The position numbers and the translations under genes were made by a program. A stretch of DNA of 64,000 bases from the NCBI GenBank assembly GCA_012026655.1, contig JAAILG010000504.1:1-64000 (forward strand), read 5' to 3'. The notes under the pieces are model-generated. The model was not told the DNA's origin. It saw only the letters and a program-made list of their open reading frames with translations, and searched no databases. Positions 13,901 through 27,400 of this stretch are shown one piece after another. Positions within the stretch are counted from its first letter, which is position 1. Each line of letters starts with the position of its first letter. The DNA comes from Hydrolagus affinis. Taxonomy: Eukaryota.

Positions 13901-16843
13901 GACTGTATTTGTGGGCGAAATGCGGCAGCCAGTTGCACACAGCCATGTCCCACAAAGAGTCATGGATTAAAATGACCAGTTTTATTATTCTGTATTTTAT
14001 GGAGGGATTATTATTAGGCGTGTGGAGTAAGAAAACTTGCTTAAGGTTTTGCTCTCACCTGCATGGATTCGAACACAGTTCTCACGCTTGTATGGCGAGT
14101 ACTCTAACCACTGAGCTACTGGACTCCACAAGAAGTAGCTGATTAAAAAAATCGGAGCTTTTTAAAATAAAACAGGTGTTGATAGCAGAGCATCAATACT
14201 GAATACATCCATGATAGTTACAGAAAGACATCACTGGAAACTAGTCTTTCATCCTCTTAATTTCATAAATAAATCTGTTAGATTCAAATTTATAATTGAA
14301 TCTGTCAAGTTATTCTCCTCTTTCCCGAAAATGTTACTGGAATAAATGTGATCAGTTTACATATGTACATTTTCTCCTTCATTTTCTGAACAGGTATTAT
14401 GGATGCCACTAGAAAGAGGACTAGCCAATCAAGTATGGATCACAAGAGGTCATCCTTTATACTTAAATGTTAATACGTTATAATCATTGTTGCAATCTAC
14501 AAGTATCAAGCTTGTTCACTAAGCTTATTGGACAGTCTGTTTAAATTTGATGTCTTTGATATATTTTTGCAGTTTTCACCCTAAAATAACCTGGTTTCAA
14601 AAAGAAGATTGTCTTGTTTTAAATATCAAGCTACGAAATTTTGCGCAACATGTTTGTGAATTCAGTAGATACAGACTGGTGTTCAGGTGAGGTTGAAGAG
14701 GTATTGAATTACGTATGCAGAATTGTATTTCTGGTTACATTTTTGACCGATAATATTTTTGACACCAAATATTTAAATTGTAGTGCCTTTGTTGGTGACA
14801 AATTGTACCTAGCAGATTTGGAACTTCAAGGCTGTATTTTAGAAGACAAATGCACATGTGTCATTAGAAGTGAAGAGCCTGTCATAACATTGTGCAAAGA
14901 AGAAAAAGGTGCATGGAAGAGTCTGCTAACATCAAAGGTAATTGTAGTGAAATAATTCAGTTGTCTTCTTTGCTGTCATATACAGAATCATGATCGTTTA
15001 CAAATTTTACACAAGCATTCAATTCTAAATTGATTTCCCATTCCTATTAGTGCAATAGAACCTCACTAATCCAGTCACACAAGGACCTGGGCAAAAGTGA
15101 CTTACTTCATCGAATTATACAGCACAGGAGGAGGCCATTTGGCCCAACGTATCTGCTAGCTCTTTTAAAAGAGCTATGCAAATCAATCTTGTACATTCCT
15201 ATAGCTCAGTGGTTAGAGCACTTGCCTTGCAAGCGAGAGACCTGGGTTCAATTCCAACCTTGGCCAAGTTTCCTTACTCCGCACGCCTGATAATACCTTG
15301 AGAAAAAAATAATAAATTGGTCATTTCAATCCACGACTGTTTGTGAGACACTGCTGTATGCAATTGGCTGCCGCGATTCACCCACAAATATACAGTCAAT
15401 ATAACTTTGTAAAGCGCTTTGAGACATCTAGAAGACGTGAAAAGCGCTATATCAAATACAAGGATTATTATTGATCCCTTTCCCCCGTTCTCTCCCCATA
15501 ACCCAGGAAACATGTCCTTCCCAACTTACTTCCTACTTCGTGAGGTGACCTGATTACTGAAACAAAAGGTGGTTCAGGTCACTGACGTAATGTTAAAGGG
15601 CATTGGTAATTGGCAAGGGTGATCAACATTCAACAACCATAATTTGCAATCTCATTAAAATAACGCTATTGTCACATCTAAAACAAAAGCTGTCATGTAT
15701 TCAGCCTACCTTTTGAGAATGCGTCCCACTTGTGTTCTGTCAATGGCATAGATCACAGCTAACTGTCTATGACTTGCCCTCACTTGTTTTTGATTAAGTC
15801 CACTCTCACGTAAGGACAACTCCTTCTGGGATGCCTGTTTGCAACACTTGTCAACAGTCACTAAATCAAAACAATGCACAGACAAGCCCTGTGCTCTGAA
15901 TACAGTACTTACCAAGAATTGGCCGCAGTAGCTCAAGTTAAGCCGCGGAAGCCGGACAAGGTTGAATTTCAACTCTAGCCGCTTCCACGATCCCACGTGA
16001 CCGGAGCCCACAGTAGCAGCTTTGGGGAAACAGCACAAGAAGCCAGAGGCCTAGCTCTCTGTGTACTGTACAGGTTGGTAGAGGACAAGGGTGTTTGTAC
16101 TGCATTTTTTAAGGGCAGGAGATGAAAATGTATTGAGCAGGGACTGCAAAATAGGGAAAACAATTCTTGTATTTCTGTATAATTGAATTCCAAGTCTCAA
16201 GAACTGAGATAATATAAAAAGCAATAAATGGTTTTAATTTCTGTTTTCATCTGTTACTTTTCTTCAGAATCCAAATGTCACTTTTGATTTTAATTATTTT
16301 GAGGATTTGTCTGATGAATCGTTTCTTCCAATATTTAAAGGTAAGATGTGATTTAATTACCACTTCTGTCCAGAATAAAACTTTCTTCACAATTCATTTT
16401 TCCAACGGCATGTCAATTCTTGATTTGTAATCCACATTAAAAGTACTATTTTTCCTCCTCCCAGAACTTGAAACCTAATATTTACAGAAACTGTACATCT
16501 AATAAAGTAGAGCCATGTTATAGTGCAGATTTGCTTATAGAGCAATTGGTGCAGTTACAACAAATCTAAAATAATCATGCTTCCCTCCCCTACCCCGTTC
16601 TCAGTTCGGGTCTGAAGCAGTAACTGTCCAGCGCCTTGGGACGTCCTCCTGACGTGAAAGGCGCTATACAAATGTGATTTTGTTGTTGTTATTTGAACTT
16701 TAAAACTTACAAAAATAACTGCTTGTTTTTCTAATTAATTATTAACAGACACTTGGAAAGGGTCCCAGACCATGATAGAACCTTCTGTTGATGAATGGGG
16801 CTGCATTACCAGTAGTAGTGACAGTTCTGAAGAAGATTACTAA
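738..16843 (+). CDS. TDRD12: Tudor domain-containing protein 12 (piRNA pathway DEAD-box-like helicase/Tudor/CS protein), 5'-partial, 25 exons in window
   Basis: GT-AG exons with consistent phases: 738-866, 1971-2088, 2394-2533, 3075-3271, 3516-3618, 4172-4386, 5728-5938, 7039-7131, 7481-7653, 8252-8374, 8480-8587, 9161-9302, 9643-9778, 10150-10353, 10441-10624, 11170-11228, 11742-11934, 12680-12755, 13006-13103, 13275-13405, 14394-14448, 14573-14686, 14784-14937, 16268-16340, 16749-16843 (TAA). Recognisable TDRD12 peptides: [32 protein letters not shown] (helicase C-terminus), [33 protein letters not shown], and CS domain [12 protein letters not shown]...[16 protein letters not shown]...NPNVTFDF. 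Adjacent to SLC7A9 and CEP89 as in other vertebrates. Confidence 0.93.
1077..1406 (+). mobile_element. tRNA-derived SINE with Deu-like core and L2-like tail (family A, full length)
   Basis: A-box GGCTCAGTGG, B-box GTTCGAATCC, core TGTTTGTGGGACACTGCTGTGTGCAATTGGCTGC, tail GTGAAAAGCGCTATATCAAATGCAAG(ATT)n. More than 12 related copies in the window. Confidence 0.85.
2745..3013 (+). mobile_element. SINE, long variant of family A, 5'-truncated
   Basis: Shares the core and tail with family A, plus the extra AGTAGGAACC...GTTAG segment also seen at 21269-21640 and 41250-41505. Confidence 0.7.
5020..5450 (-). mobile_element. CR1 LINE 3' end
   Basis: [20 protein letters not shown]...[16 protein letters not shown] is the CR1 ORF2 C-terminus. 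Terminal (CATAGAAT) repeats. A closely similar copy lies at 34540-34965. Confidence 0.9.
5964..6893. mobile_element. non-autonomous Tc1/mariner-superfamily (Tigger/pogo-like) DNA transposon
   Basis: Imperfect TIRs CAGTAAAAGTCTGTTTATCCG ... CGGATAAACAAGCTTTACTG, flanked by TA on both sides (5962-63, 6894-95). Confidence 0.75.
7914..7940 (+). repeat. (CT)n microsatellite
   Basis: about 13 CT units. Confidence 0.9.
8620..9085 (+). mobile_element. L2 LINE fragment (RT remnant plus 3' tail)
   Basis: Peptides [13 protein letters not shown] and [17 protein letters not shown] (RT YADD motif). Tail CAGCGCCTTGGGACATCCTCC..GAAAGGCGCTGTACAAATGTAATTTTG. Confidence 0.85.
11250..11620 (-). mobile_element. 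L2 LINE 3' fragment
   Basis: (AAC)n plus TTGTATTTATATAGCGC tail on the reverse strand. Similar to 26565-26990 and 34060-34300. Confidence 0.7.
13814..14130 (-). mobile_element. SINE family A, full length
   Basis: Reverse complement of the 1077-1406 element, with A/B boxes at 14065-14125. Confidence 0.85.
15110..15520. mobile_element. CR1 3'-end fragment (-) split by a family-A SINE (+, 15196-15472)
   Basis: GGAGGCCATTTGGCCC...AGAGC before the SINE and CCCCCGTTCTCTCCCCATAACC after it continue the CR1 end seen at 5040-5135. Confidence 0.7.
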
Positions 16844-16925
16844 AAGAAATCAGGTGATGGGTCTATTATGAAAACTCTTGCCTGTCAATACTTGAATCCT
16901 GTAATGGTACTCTTAAAGTTTTAAG

Positions 16926-16931
16926 AATAAA
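16926..16931 (+). terminator. candidate polyadenylation signal of TDRD12
   Basis: AATAAA about 83 nt after the TAA stop. Confidence 0.4.
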
Positions 16932-18408
16932 AAATTAGGCTGATTTTATGTCCAGTCACTGTTTAATATTTTGTGAGAAATCCAATAATTGAAATTGCAC
17001 ATTGCTGAAGGTTTTGCCATCTATTTGATTGATCCATCCCATCTTCCATTCTCCTTCTCAATTTGAATGAATCATTGTGATTTATGCTACATTGCATTGA
17101 AGTGCAGCCTTGATAAACGATGACAAAAAATGTAATTGTGTCCTCATTGGTAATTTTACAGCTTGAGTATAATCACAATCCAGTCACTTGATAATGATGT
17201 TAACAGCAAAACAAAACTAAGATTTAGATAAATTCTGCTCTGATACTTTCACAGTAGCAGATGTGTTTCTTTTCTCATTTTGCTATAAATCTCACTTGAG
17301 GGGCTTATCGACAATGTTTTGATTCATGCACTCAAATTGAGACAAGTCTATTTTGAGTGTTAATTCTTGCTGTACTTTGCATATTGATCTCAAACAAAAA
17401 AAAACTTTCCGACCTTTTTTGTTATCAAGTCCAATGAGTCTTGATAATGCCAAGTTTTTTTTAGATAACTTTTATTGGGGGTTGATGGGGAAGGGAAGAG
17501 AGAGGGGGAAATGAAAACACTGATTTTGCATTTCAGGCAACAAGACAGTGACTGGTAGTTATAGAATAAAAGAGCTTGCTCCAAACCAGATATTGTTTGT
17601 TTTCAAGTGTCTAAACCCACAGACCTGCACTTGAAATTAAAAAGCCAGCTGTCTAAGCAAGTAAAATACAGCCCCATTGTTTGGGAATGACTTGCAGTAT
17701 TTTATAATGGCATCTCTTAGTAAGGAATCCACAAAAAAATGATGACTGAACTGAGCACGGTATACATGGTAGCTCGCTAATATTTTTAACCTATTTACAA
17801 GCACAGCAATCAATGTAAATGCCAAAAATAATCAATTGTGAGAAAAACATTTTAATCAAAATTATCCCAAATTAATGGTCATTTAGTTGAATTTCTAGCG
17901 CTGTTATTGTATGTCACAAATCTGTTGCTTAAACCATCGGTTGTACTGTAAATTATATTGACAAAAAACAGTATTAATTAGAATTCTGAACCCATTAAGT
18001 TCAAGAATTTAACTTGAGGTGAAACTAATTAAGGATGATAAGAGCAAAACATCTAAGAGCTCAGCCTCTATTTACAAGAAAGTATTTAGCTATTTACAAT
18101 GATGGTAATTATTGCAGTACATGAGTATCAATACAGGGCACAATACAATGATGTTGGTAATTGTAAGAGATCCAAGTCTTAACCATACTTGGAAAAATAA
18201 TTTGAACAGAAAATTACATAGTGTACTACTGGATGCTGCTTTGTACCTCGGAGGTTTTAGTTGTAGAGCTGTATTATTGCAATTCCAAGATGACGTTGAT
18301 ATCAATCTCTTTATTTTTAAAAATGTTTTGAAAAGCCTCCTCTGATTTCTCTTCCTTTTCCTTCATTGAATAGCAGCAAGTAGTCTAAAAGTAAACCAAT
18401 GTGTACTT

Positions 18409-21400
18409 TTACTGTTTCTCCTCTGCTGGTGCTACTTGCATAAACAGCTGCATATGTTTGGTGATGGGTACTGGAAAGAAGAAAATGTCATTTTTTCAGC
18501 AGAACAATTAGCTAATAATTAAGGGTATAGCATAACAGATGGATTTTACATGTATGTTTCTAACAATATTTTGAACTGGTTTGCCAACAGTTGTCTCAAG
18601 AGCAGGGAAGTATATTCATCCCCTCCAGTATTATTGGTTCCCACTGCTAGAGCCAGGTGGAATCAGGAACAATTAAATCCAAATGTTCCATTTTAAACCA
18701 TCATTTACATCTTGTAAATTGAACCAGATCAGCTCAATTTGGAATTATTGATGAAGTTCAAAACTCCCTGTCACCAGATCATGAGAGGATCTCAGATGAG
18801 GCTGTAGGGCCCATTTGATCTCATCCACCCACCCCCCCTCCCATTGGAGCATCGGGTTGTGTTTTCAATGAGCCCAGTGTTCTGGCCTCAGCTATCTTTT
18901 CTGGTAATTTCTTTCTGTATTTTAGTTACCCTTGGGTATAGAATTGCTTACTTGTGGCTGACCTGAAATTACCATATGCCACCCTAAATCTTGCAATTGA
19001 GTATATTTCTGAAGATCTAAACTCTAGTGTTTTGGCAGTGTCACCCAATATTCTGTTTCACAACTACACAAGGAACATGAATCCCAGTAAAGACCCATGT
19101 GTATACCTCACGTAATGCATTCCTATATCTTGACCTAGCTTCCCTAATGACTACCCACTGTTTCTTTCCCTTTGGCCAATTTCGAATCCATATCCATGCC
19201 TTTCCCTTAATATCCAGTGGCATCAGTTTGCGAAGGTGTCTTTCACATCTTGGTTCAAACAGTAATTCAGACAATAAAAAAAATGTCTTCTTACTCATCA
19301 ATTTGCGAGTCCAGCTGAAGCGCATGTGAATAAATAGGAAGTAGACTACTAGTCCTCCTAAAATAAAGATTGTGCAGTACAGGTATGCCATTTCTGGCTG
19401 TTCAATAATTGGAGCTAAAACCAAGTAGATGCTGAGAATAGTCACAATAATTGGTATAATTACGGGAACCTGAAACAAGAAAAAAAAACATTTTAATAGG
19501 TGAAGAGCACGCACAACTTTGACAAATCAAATCCTAAGAAGCTGTGCTGTATATGTATGTAAGTTTTTACTCAAACTATACAGGAAAATGATTACTGTTT
19601 TCTGGAAGTTACTTTTAATTCTAAAAGCAGAACAAACTCCTATTGGGATAATAATAATAATAGATGAGGTATTACAGTTCCTGCAAAACAGATTTTTATT
19701 GTAATGAATAAGTAGAATTATCAACCATGTATTTATACCGTATGGGAAAGAAATAATTGATGCCAACATATCTAACCTTAACTGGTCTTATCAGATCTTT
19801 TCTTGCAAATTGCATGTAAATTAGTGAAACGGCAGTCAGTCCATAAAAAATCCAGACTGCAAAACTGAAATAGTTTATAAGAGTGTTGATATCTCCTGGA
19901 ATGATGTAGATAATAGCTAGAATTCCCTGAAAAAATAAATCACATTGTTATACAATACATACTTGGTACAAATTTTACAGTTTCAGAACATTGTGATTGT
20001 AAAAATGGTAGTGGATTTGTATCATCAGTTGTGGGTTATACCTACCTACCTCTAACCCTAGAATGACCACATATGTGAATCTTACAAGGCAAAACATGAA
20101 TAACTTACATTGAAAATGAGAGCTGGTGCAGGTGTCAAGCGCTTAACGTTGATGTAGGCCAGAATCTTAATCATATGACCCTCACGGGCAGTGACGTATG
20201 TAAGTCTGTTAACAAGAAATCAAAATAGTTGCCTAAATGCACAATTGTTTTGAGGTCAATTATGAATTGATCATGATGAAATAAAACACTTTTACAAAAG
20301 AATATGCTACATAAGCAGCTAGCAGTGGAAGACATTGATGTATGACTAATAAAAAGGGTTTTGCCTACATTTGCCAATAAGAAATTTCTAATCTTAGCAA
20401 CATAAAAAATTATGAAATAAAAGTCATGCCCTTGATCATGTTATTAGCAGGATTCCAATTAAAAGTAAGGTAAATAATCACCTTGCGCTGTTTTCTTTTT
20501 TCATTTCTTAGAAGTTGGACTGACAACAACAACAAAATTACATTTTTAGAGAAACTTTCACGTTGGGAGGATGCATATCCTTCACACGGGGCTGGTAGAA
20601 GATTGCTTACAAATTACCACTGAACAAGAATAGTTTGTGGCATAGTAAAGATGAAGAAAGAAGCGATACTGGTTTTGTTTAATTTACCTGCCAGCTGTGA
20701 AACAGCTACCATTGGCAGCTCCAAAGGTAGAAAACACAACAAAGAGAGGAACAATCCAAGATGCTGGTCCAAGTACCCGGTCACCAAATGTCTGTGTTTA
20801 GAGAAATACAAACAACTATGTGGTTGAATACATGCTTTATATGTAATAGTTGTAGACTCACATATTTTCTTTTGCCTATATATGTCAATTTAAGTTTGTG
20901 GATAGAACTTTTAGCTTTCTAAACTTTCTCAATAGGAACCTCTGTGGTGCCTTTACCAATCTGACAGTACAATAGTTATATAGTCCACAAAACCAGAAAT
21001 CGCTGGGAACACTCAGCAGGTCAGGCAGCATCTATGAAGAAAGGAAAAGTGAGTCAACGTTTTGGGTCCACTACCCTTTGTCAGAACTGACGAAGGGTCG
21101 TGGACCTGAAATGTTGACTCATTTTCCTTTCACCATAGATGCTGCCTGACCTGCTGAGTGTTCCCAGCGATTTCTGGTTTTGTTTCAGATTTCCAGCATC
21201 TGCATTATTTTTCGTTTTAGTTTTACAGTCAAACCTGTTTTCAATAACCCTTCAGAGAACTGGACTAAATAATAATAATCCTTGCATTTGATATAATGCC
21301 TTATCGCGTCTTCAGGACACCTCAAAGCACTTCACGGAATATACTATAAAGTTAATTTGACTTCTATATTTTGTGGGTGAAACGTGGCAGCCAATTGTGC

Positions 21401-24400
21401 ACAGCCACGTTTTTCTCCACAAATAGTCATGAATTGAGTGACCAAATTATTATTTAGAAGGATTATTACCCCTGGAAATGATCCGCCAATCGACTAACAA
21501 CTGGGTTCCTACTTACTGCTAAGTAAACTGAGGCGTATAGAGTAAGGAAACTTGCCAAAGGTTTTGGCCTGCCCAGAAATCGAACGCAGGTCCTCTTGTA
21601 TATGAGGTGAGTGTTCGAACCAATACACTACCTGTAGCTACCTTAACACCAGGGCTTAAAAAAAAGGGTGACCACTGGTTTGTGAGATAGGTGATTGCTG
21701 AATAGAAAATCGGTCAGTAATGCTCTAGGGCAGTTGGTATAACACGTTTGACTGTATTTAATGTGTGAGCAGTGGAGAGCTACTTACCACTGCAACAGCA
21801 GGAGATTGCAACAGTTCTGATGGAGTCATGACTGTGAAATATGCAATATTAACCAAGATATAGCAAACGGTCACCAAAGGAATGCCGATGATGATGGCGA
21901 GTGGAAGATTTCTGTCAAACACAGAAAATTAGGTCCTATTAGGAATAGTTTAAAGTGTAAAGCTTTGACAAATATTTGCTGTTACTGTATTATCTACATA
22001 AGCTACAATTTCTTATTAAAAGTCTTAAAAAAACATAACGCTGGTAAGTTTTTTCCATAACATCAACTTAATTAAGGCAATTTACCAATCAGTAGTTATC
22101 CTAAACATAAGCATTCATCTTTCTGCAGATACCACAAAAACAGGGTCAAATAGAAGACAGACAACTCCAAATTCCAGCTTCTTATCTGCAACTAAAAATC
22201 AGCCAAATATCAGACCTGTTTCAGGTGTGCATCCAGACACCTTAAGTTCCTGGTCTGCGTGTGATAAATGAGTTGATCTCAACTACAGCACTATCAGATG
22301 CTGTTGATTTTTTACAAATGTTTTGTAACCATTTGTTCCACAAAATTTTTTTTAACTTAAACATTAAAAACTAGGACTTTACCTGTAGGGATTTTTCAGT
22401 TCTTCTGTAATGAAATTGAGCTGATTCCTGAAAAGGAAGGAATATTGATTCAGTAAGATTTGCATTGTCAAATCAGTTTGTACAGCAGATTATCTGATCA
22501 TTTTAAATACTTAACAATAATAATAATAATAATCATTGCATTTGATATTGCACCTTTCCTGTCTTTGAGGTGTCTCAAAGCATATGTGGGCAAAACTTAT
22601 TGAAATATACAATGCTGATATTCTTAATTGTCTCAAATTGAAAGGTAACACCAAATTTACTCATAACTTGAATCAACTATGTGAACTGTATGTTCAGTGG
22701 AATCACACAAAATCACGCAAACAGCCATCAACAAGATAAACTGCTCACCATCCATCATAAGCCCAAAGTCCACTGTAAAATCCCAAACCAATAGCACTAA
22801 AAGAGGTTTGAGCTCCGTCAAAGGAATTTTTAAAATTCTGTGTATTTCCTGTAAAAAGAAGAGTATTATAGTGAATAGATTAACCATATATAAACTGCTC
22901 CATGGAGGAACAGCCCTATTACTCCAAATAATACATATCTTTTGGGATAGACTTAACTAAATTAACATTAACTATTAAGATGGGGGGAGGGGGCATTATG
23001 ACTCATGTGAAGTAGTTAATGAGTTAACTTTAGTTAATGAGATTCAGGAACTATCCTGTCTTGACTGTTCAGCGCCTTGGGACGTCCTCCCGACATGAAA
23101 GGTGCTCTATAAATGTAATTTTGTTGTTGTTGTATCCTGTGCCCAGGTTCATTTCAATGAAAGTGCACTCAAGCCTTCACAGGACAATTACTAACATAAC
23201 TCCACATCTTCAAAAAAAACACACCAGTTAGTTGAAATGCTAAGCAGAATGCTGCTCAGCGGGGAAATTTAGGTGATTATTGTGGTTGACAAATCAATAA
23301 AACCCAATTATCAAAAATGTAAAGCCTAGTGGAATTTTGTCCAAAGATTTAAGGGATTCTTACTGTAAAAAAACTAAGCAAAATGAAATTTGTTTTTTTG
23401 GTTAGTGATAGATTCTGAGAAAGTTTCCCACTACTCTTAATAACACTAATAAGTAATTGACTGAGCTGCATGTGTACAGTGTGCTGCAACAAAGACACAA
23501 CCAGGTTTTGTTCTAAAATGTGATTAACTAGAAGAATATGGTTTAAAAACAAATATGTATTATTTATTTAATGTGATAGCTTGCAAAACCTACCTTGTGC
23601 TATTAAAACCAGGCCAGCTACAATGATGACAGCAACTATCGCCAGTTTGGCAACAGTGAAAATATTCTGGACAAAGCTAGCAAGCTTGACACTGAATGAG
23701 TTCACCAGTGTAATTAAAACTGCAATGAGGAAAAATAAAGTTATAAAGAGAATTGCCCTTTTAAAATGCAAACAACCAGAACAAACTAGTTAAGTTGAAT
23801 GGACTGTTTCTACCCTCTTAAAAATTGTGTATAATTTTAAGTAAATAATAGAAACGAGGATAAGCACAGCAAATATGACCTGTACTTTCACTGATATGGA
23901 TTTTTCAAAGTAGGATATCAATTTACAGTATTTTTAAATGTGAAATCTGAAGTGAGTATTAAATACAATAGTTTTCTTGCCTCAGTTGCGCTTGCGTGCA
24001 TGTCATAATGCAAGTTTAGAATACAATGTCAGCATTGATTGCTTAGAATTCATATAAATTGGTGCTCATCTTGTATCTTGATTATTATATTCCTTGAAAT
24101 ATGTGACATAATGATAATAATAATCCTTGCATTTGATATAGCGCTTTTCACATCTTCCAGACGTCTCAAAGAGCTTCACAGAATATACTGTAAAGTGAAT
24201 TGACTGTATATTTGTGGGCGAAACGCGGCAGCCAATTGCGAACAGCAGTGTCCCACAAACATTCGTGGATTGAAATGACCAATTTTTTGGGGGGGGATTA
24301 TTATTGGGCGTTTGGAGTAAGGAAACTTGCCCATGGTTTCGCCCTAACCACGAAACTACAGGACTTTTACAAGAGACTGGATATGTACAGTAACGTTGTT

Positions 24401-27400
24401 GATTGAATTTTCATTTTGTGCAGAAGTTTTTTTAATTAATTTATTGTGATGTTTTAAGAGATAACTTATATAAGCCTTTTTAACCAGCAACACACGATAC
24501 TCTACTGCTAAGATTTCTTGCCATTACTTTATTTAGTAACCATCTTTGCTGTTATTCAACCAGTTGCTTAAGGAACATGTCACCAAACTTGTGTTGGCAA
24601 ATTTAAACATGCTCAGAGTGCTTGCACTCAAATCTTCACCATGCAACGAGAGGCATTCCAGGTCTGACGAACCAGACTGAAACTAGCTTAAAAAATCCTG
24701 AATCTATGAAGGATACTTACTAATAGCCACTGCGGCAAGACACTTTATAACAATCTGCGGGGGCACACAGCCAGGATAGAAAGGAGTTGCTGCATATTCA
24801 GCAAAACTCAGGCAGATTATAGCAAACGATGATGGTTTTGAAACAATTATACACATCCATGAGTATAAGAAAGCAGGAACTGGGCCAAATGCTTCCAAGA
24901 GATAAGCATATTCCGCCCCAGATTTCGTGATCATGGTACCCAAGTCAGCGTAACACAATGCACCTGCCAAAATAAAGAAAGTTCAATCACCTACTGCATT
25001 TCACAGTATAATGTTTATGAAGAAGGATATGGTTCAGGAAGTTCATGCTTAATTCATACTGTGTAAACCATTACCAGTCTTAATATATATTAACACTGAT
25101 AAATTATTTTAATCCTAACTATGTAGCCTCACAGCAAAGATTAATTAAAGGAAAATAATATACATTTAGAACAAACTGCTGTGTTAAAATAAATTAGCAT
25201 TATACATAATTGTGTATATGAAATAAATTATACAGAAATAAAACCAGTTCATATAATCCAAATATATTTTACTAAACATATTGTGAGCATCCGTCTACAA
25301 AATACAGTATGTCCAGACATGAAAGGCACTATAAGAATAATAATCCTTGCATTTGATATAGCACTTTTCACATCTTCTAGACGTCTTCACAGAATTTACT
25401 GTGAAGTGAATTGACTACATTTGTGGGCAAAACACAGAGGCCAATTGCACACAGTGGTGTCTCACAAACAGTCGTGGATTAGAGTGACCAATTTTTTTTT
25501 AATTTTTTTTTCTTGAAGGATTAATATCAGGCATGTGGAATGAGGAAACTTTGCCGCGCTTGGAATCGAACCCAGGTCTCTCACTTGCTCTAACCATTGA
25601 GCTACAGGTCTCCCCTATATCGAATTACAAGGGCTTTATTTATATTTTATGATTTTAGTGATCACCACCATACTGCTAAATTATCGCTTATTGGCATTAA
25701 GATGTGGCATTCAGCAAATTCCAAAATCGAACTAATAAGGAATTACTTTATTTAGTAACTAACTAGTTGTTCAGTTACACAGCAGTGTTGCAGAATAAAT
25801 TGGGTTTTATCCATTTTATTAAAAATAAAATACCTTGCACCAAATTAGTAGGGAACAAGATGAACTGTGTCCAGCATCACAGCATTTGAATACATACCAC
25901 TAAATTCTTCAAAGTTGTTCAGTGTTAACCTGTTACAATGTGGAATTATTTGATGATGTTTCCAATTATAATGATGTTTTCCTTGTGGTGAATCACAGTT
26001 ATTTTTGTACCTGACATTGCACAAATATATTCTAAAATAAATGTACTTGTACTGTATTTGTTTAGACAGGCAGCTTCAGAAACAAATCGATCATTGTGTC
26101 ACTTGTTGCTTACCCATTGTTGATAGGACTCCAGAAGCTGTCCAGAGAATCAGACAAGGACCCACTGCTCCTGTATTAGCTAAAACTGATTTGGGCGAGA
26201 TAAAGATTCCAGATCCAATCATTGTCCCTACAATAAGACTGATGCCACTCAGCAAACCAACCTTTACGCAGGAAAAGAAAAATAAACACAGTAAAAATAA
26301 GACTATACAACAAGAATAGGTGCATCACATTACCGGAAGTTCAAACAAATTGGTTTACTCATAACTAACTGACCTTCACCTATGATTATACATGTGGAAT
26401 TGTTTTCACAGAATACACCATTTGTTTTGCAAATATCGTCTTAATTAAAGCTTTTTATTTATGTCTAATCATAAATCAAGAAAATAGATGGACTCTATGT
26501 TACACTAATCGTCCAACACCATATTATCATCTTAGTTATTCTGAACACTAAAACCAATAAAATAATAACAACAACTTCGATTTGTATAGCGCCCTCCATG
26601 CTAGACGGTGTCTCAGAGCGCTTCACAATAATGGATCCCGGGGCCGAGCCGGGGGGAAGGGGACAAAGGTGACAAAAACCACGGTCGAAAAGAAAAAGTC
26701 TTTAGGCCCAACCTGAAAATACGAAAAGGAGGCGTCAAAGTGAAGAGAGTGAGGAAGGGAGTTCCAGAGCTCAACAAATGGTGGCTGAAGACGGTGCAAT
26801 GGCCGCAGACGGTGGAACGGAGGATTCAGGGAACAAAGAGGCCCGACCCAGTAGAGCAAAGGCAACAGGTACTGTTGTGAGGCGAGAGGAGGGCAGAGAG
26901 GTAGGGGGGTGCAGGGAGTGGACGGATTTGAATATACAAGAGTGAGGATCTTGAAATCGATCAGCTCCAAGACAGGGAGCCAGTGAAGTCTGGCAATGAC
27001 TGGGGTAATCGGTAATTAAATACATTTTAATAGGATTTCTCAATAAGGAATCTGAGGTGTACGACAAGGGATTTCTTCCCATCACTAGATATGCGTCATT
27101 GCAACCCAGGTTGATGGGAATTGTAAACAGTCCCATTGAGAAAAACAGCATATTACATCCCATCAGCCAACTGAGTACACAAGAGTAACTTATTACATTA
27201 CATTAAATATGTGTTTAATGATGTATGACAGGATTACAAAAGAAATCGCCTCTTAAGTAATCAAATCACTTTTTATAGCTAAGAAACTTGCATAAGTTAA
27301 AATTAATTATAGATTGCCTTTTGCCTGATACAATCAGCAAATTATTTAGTAATAATAATCCTTCCACTTTGATATAACGCCTATCCCATTGTCAAGACGT

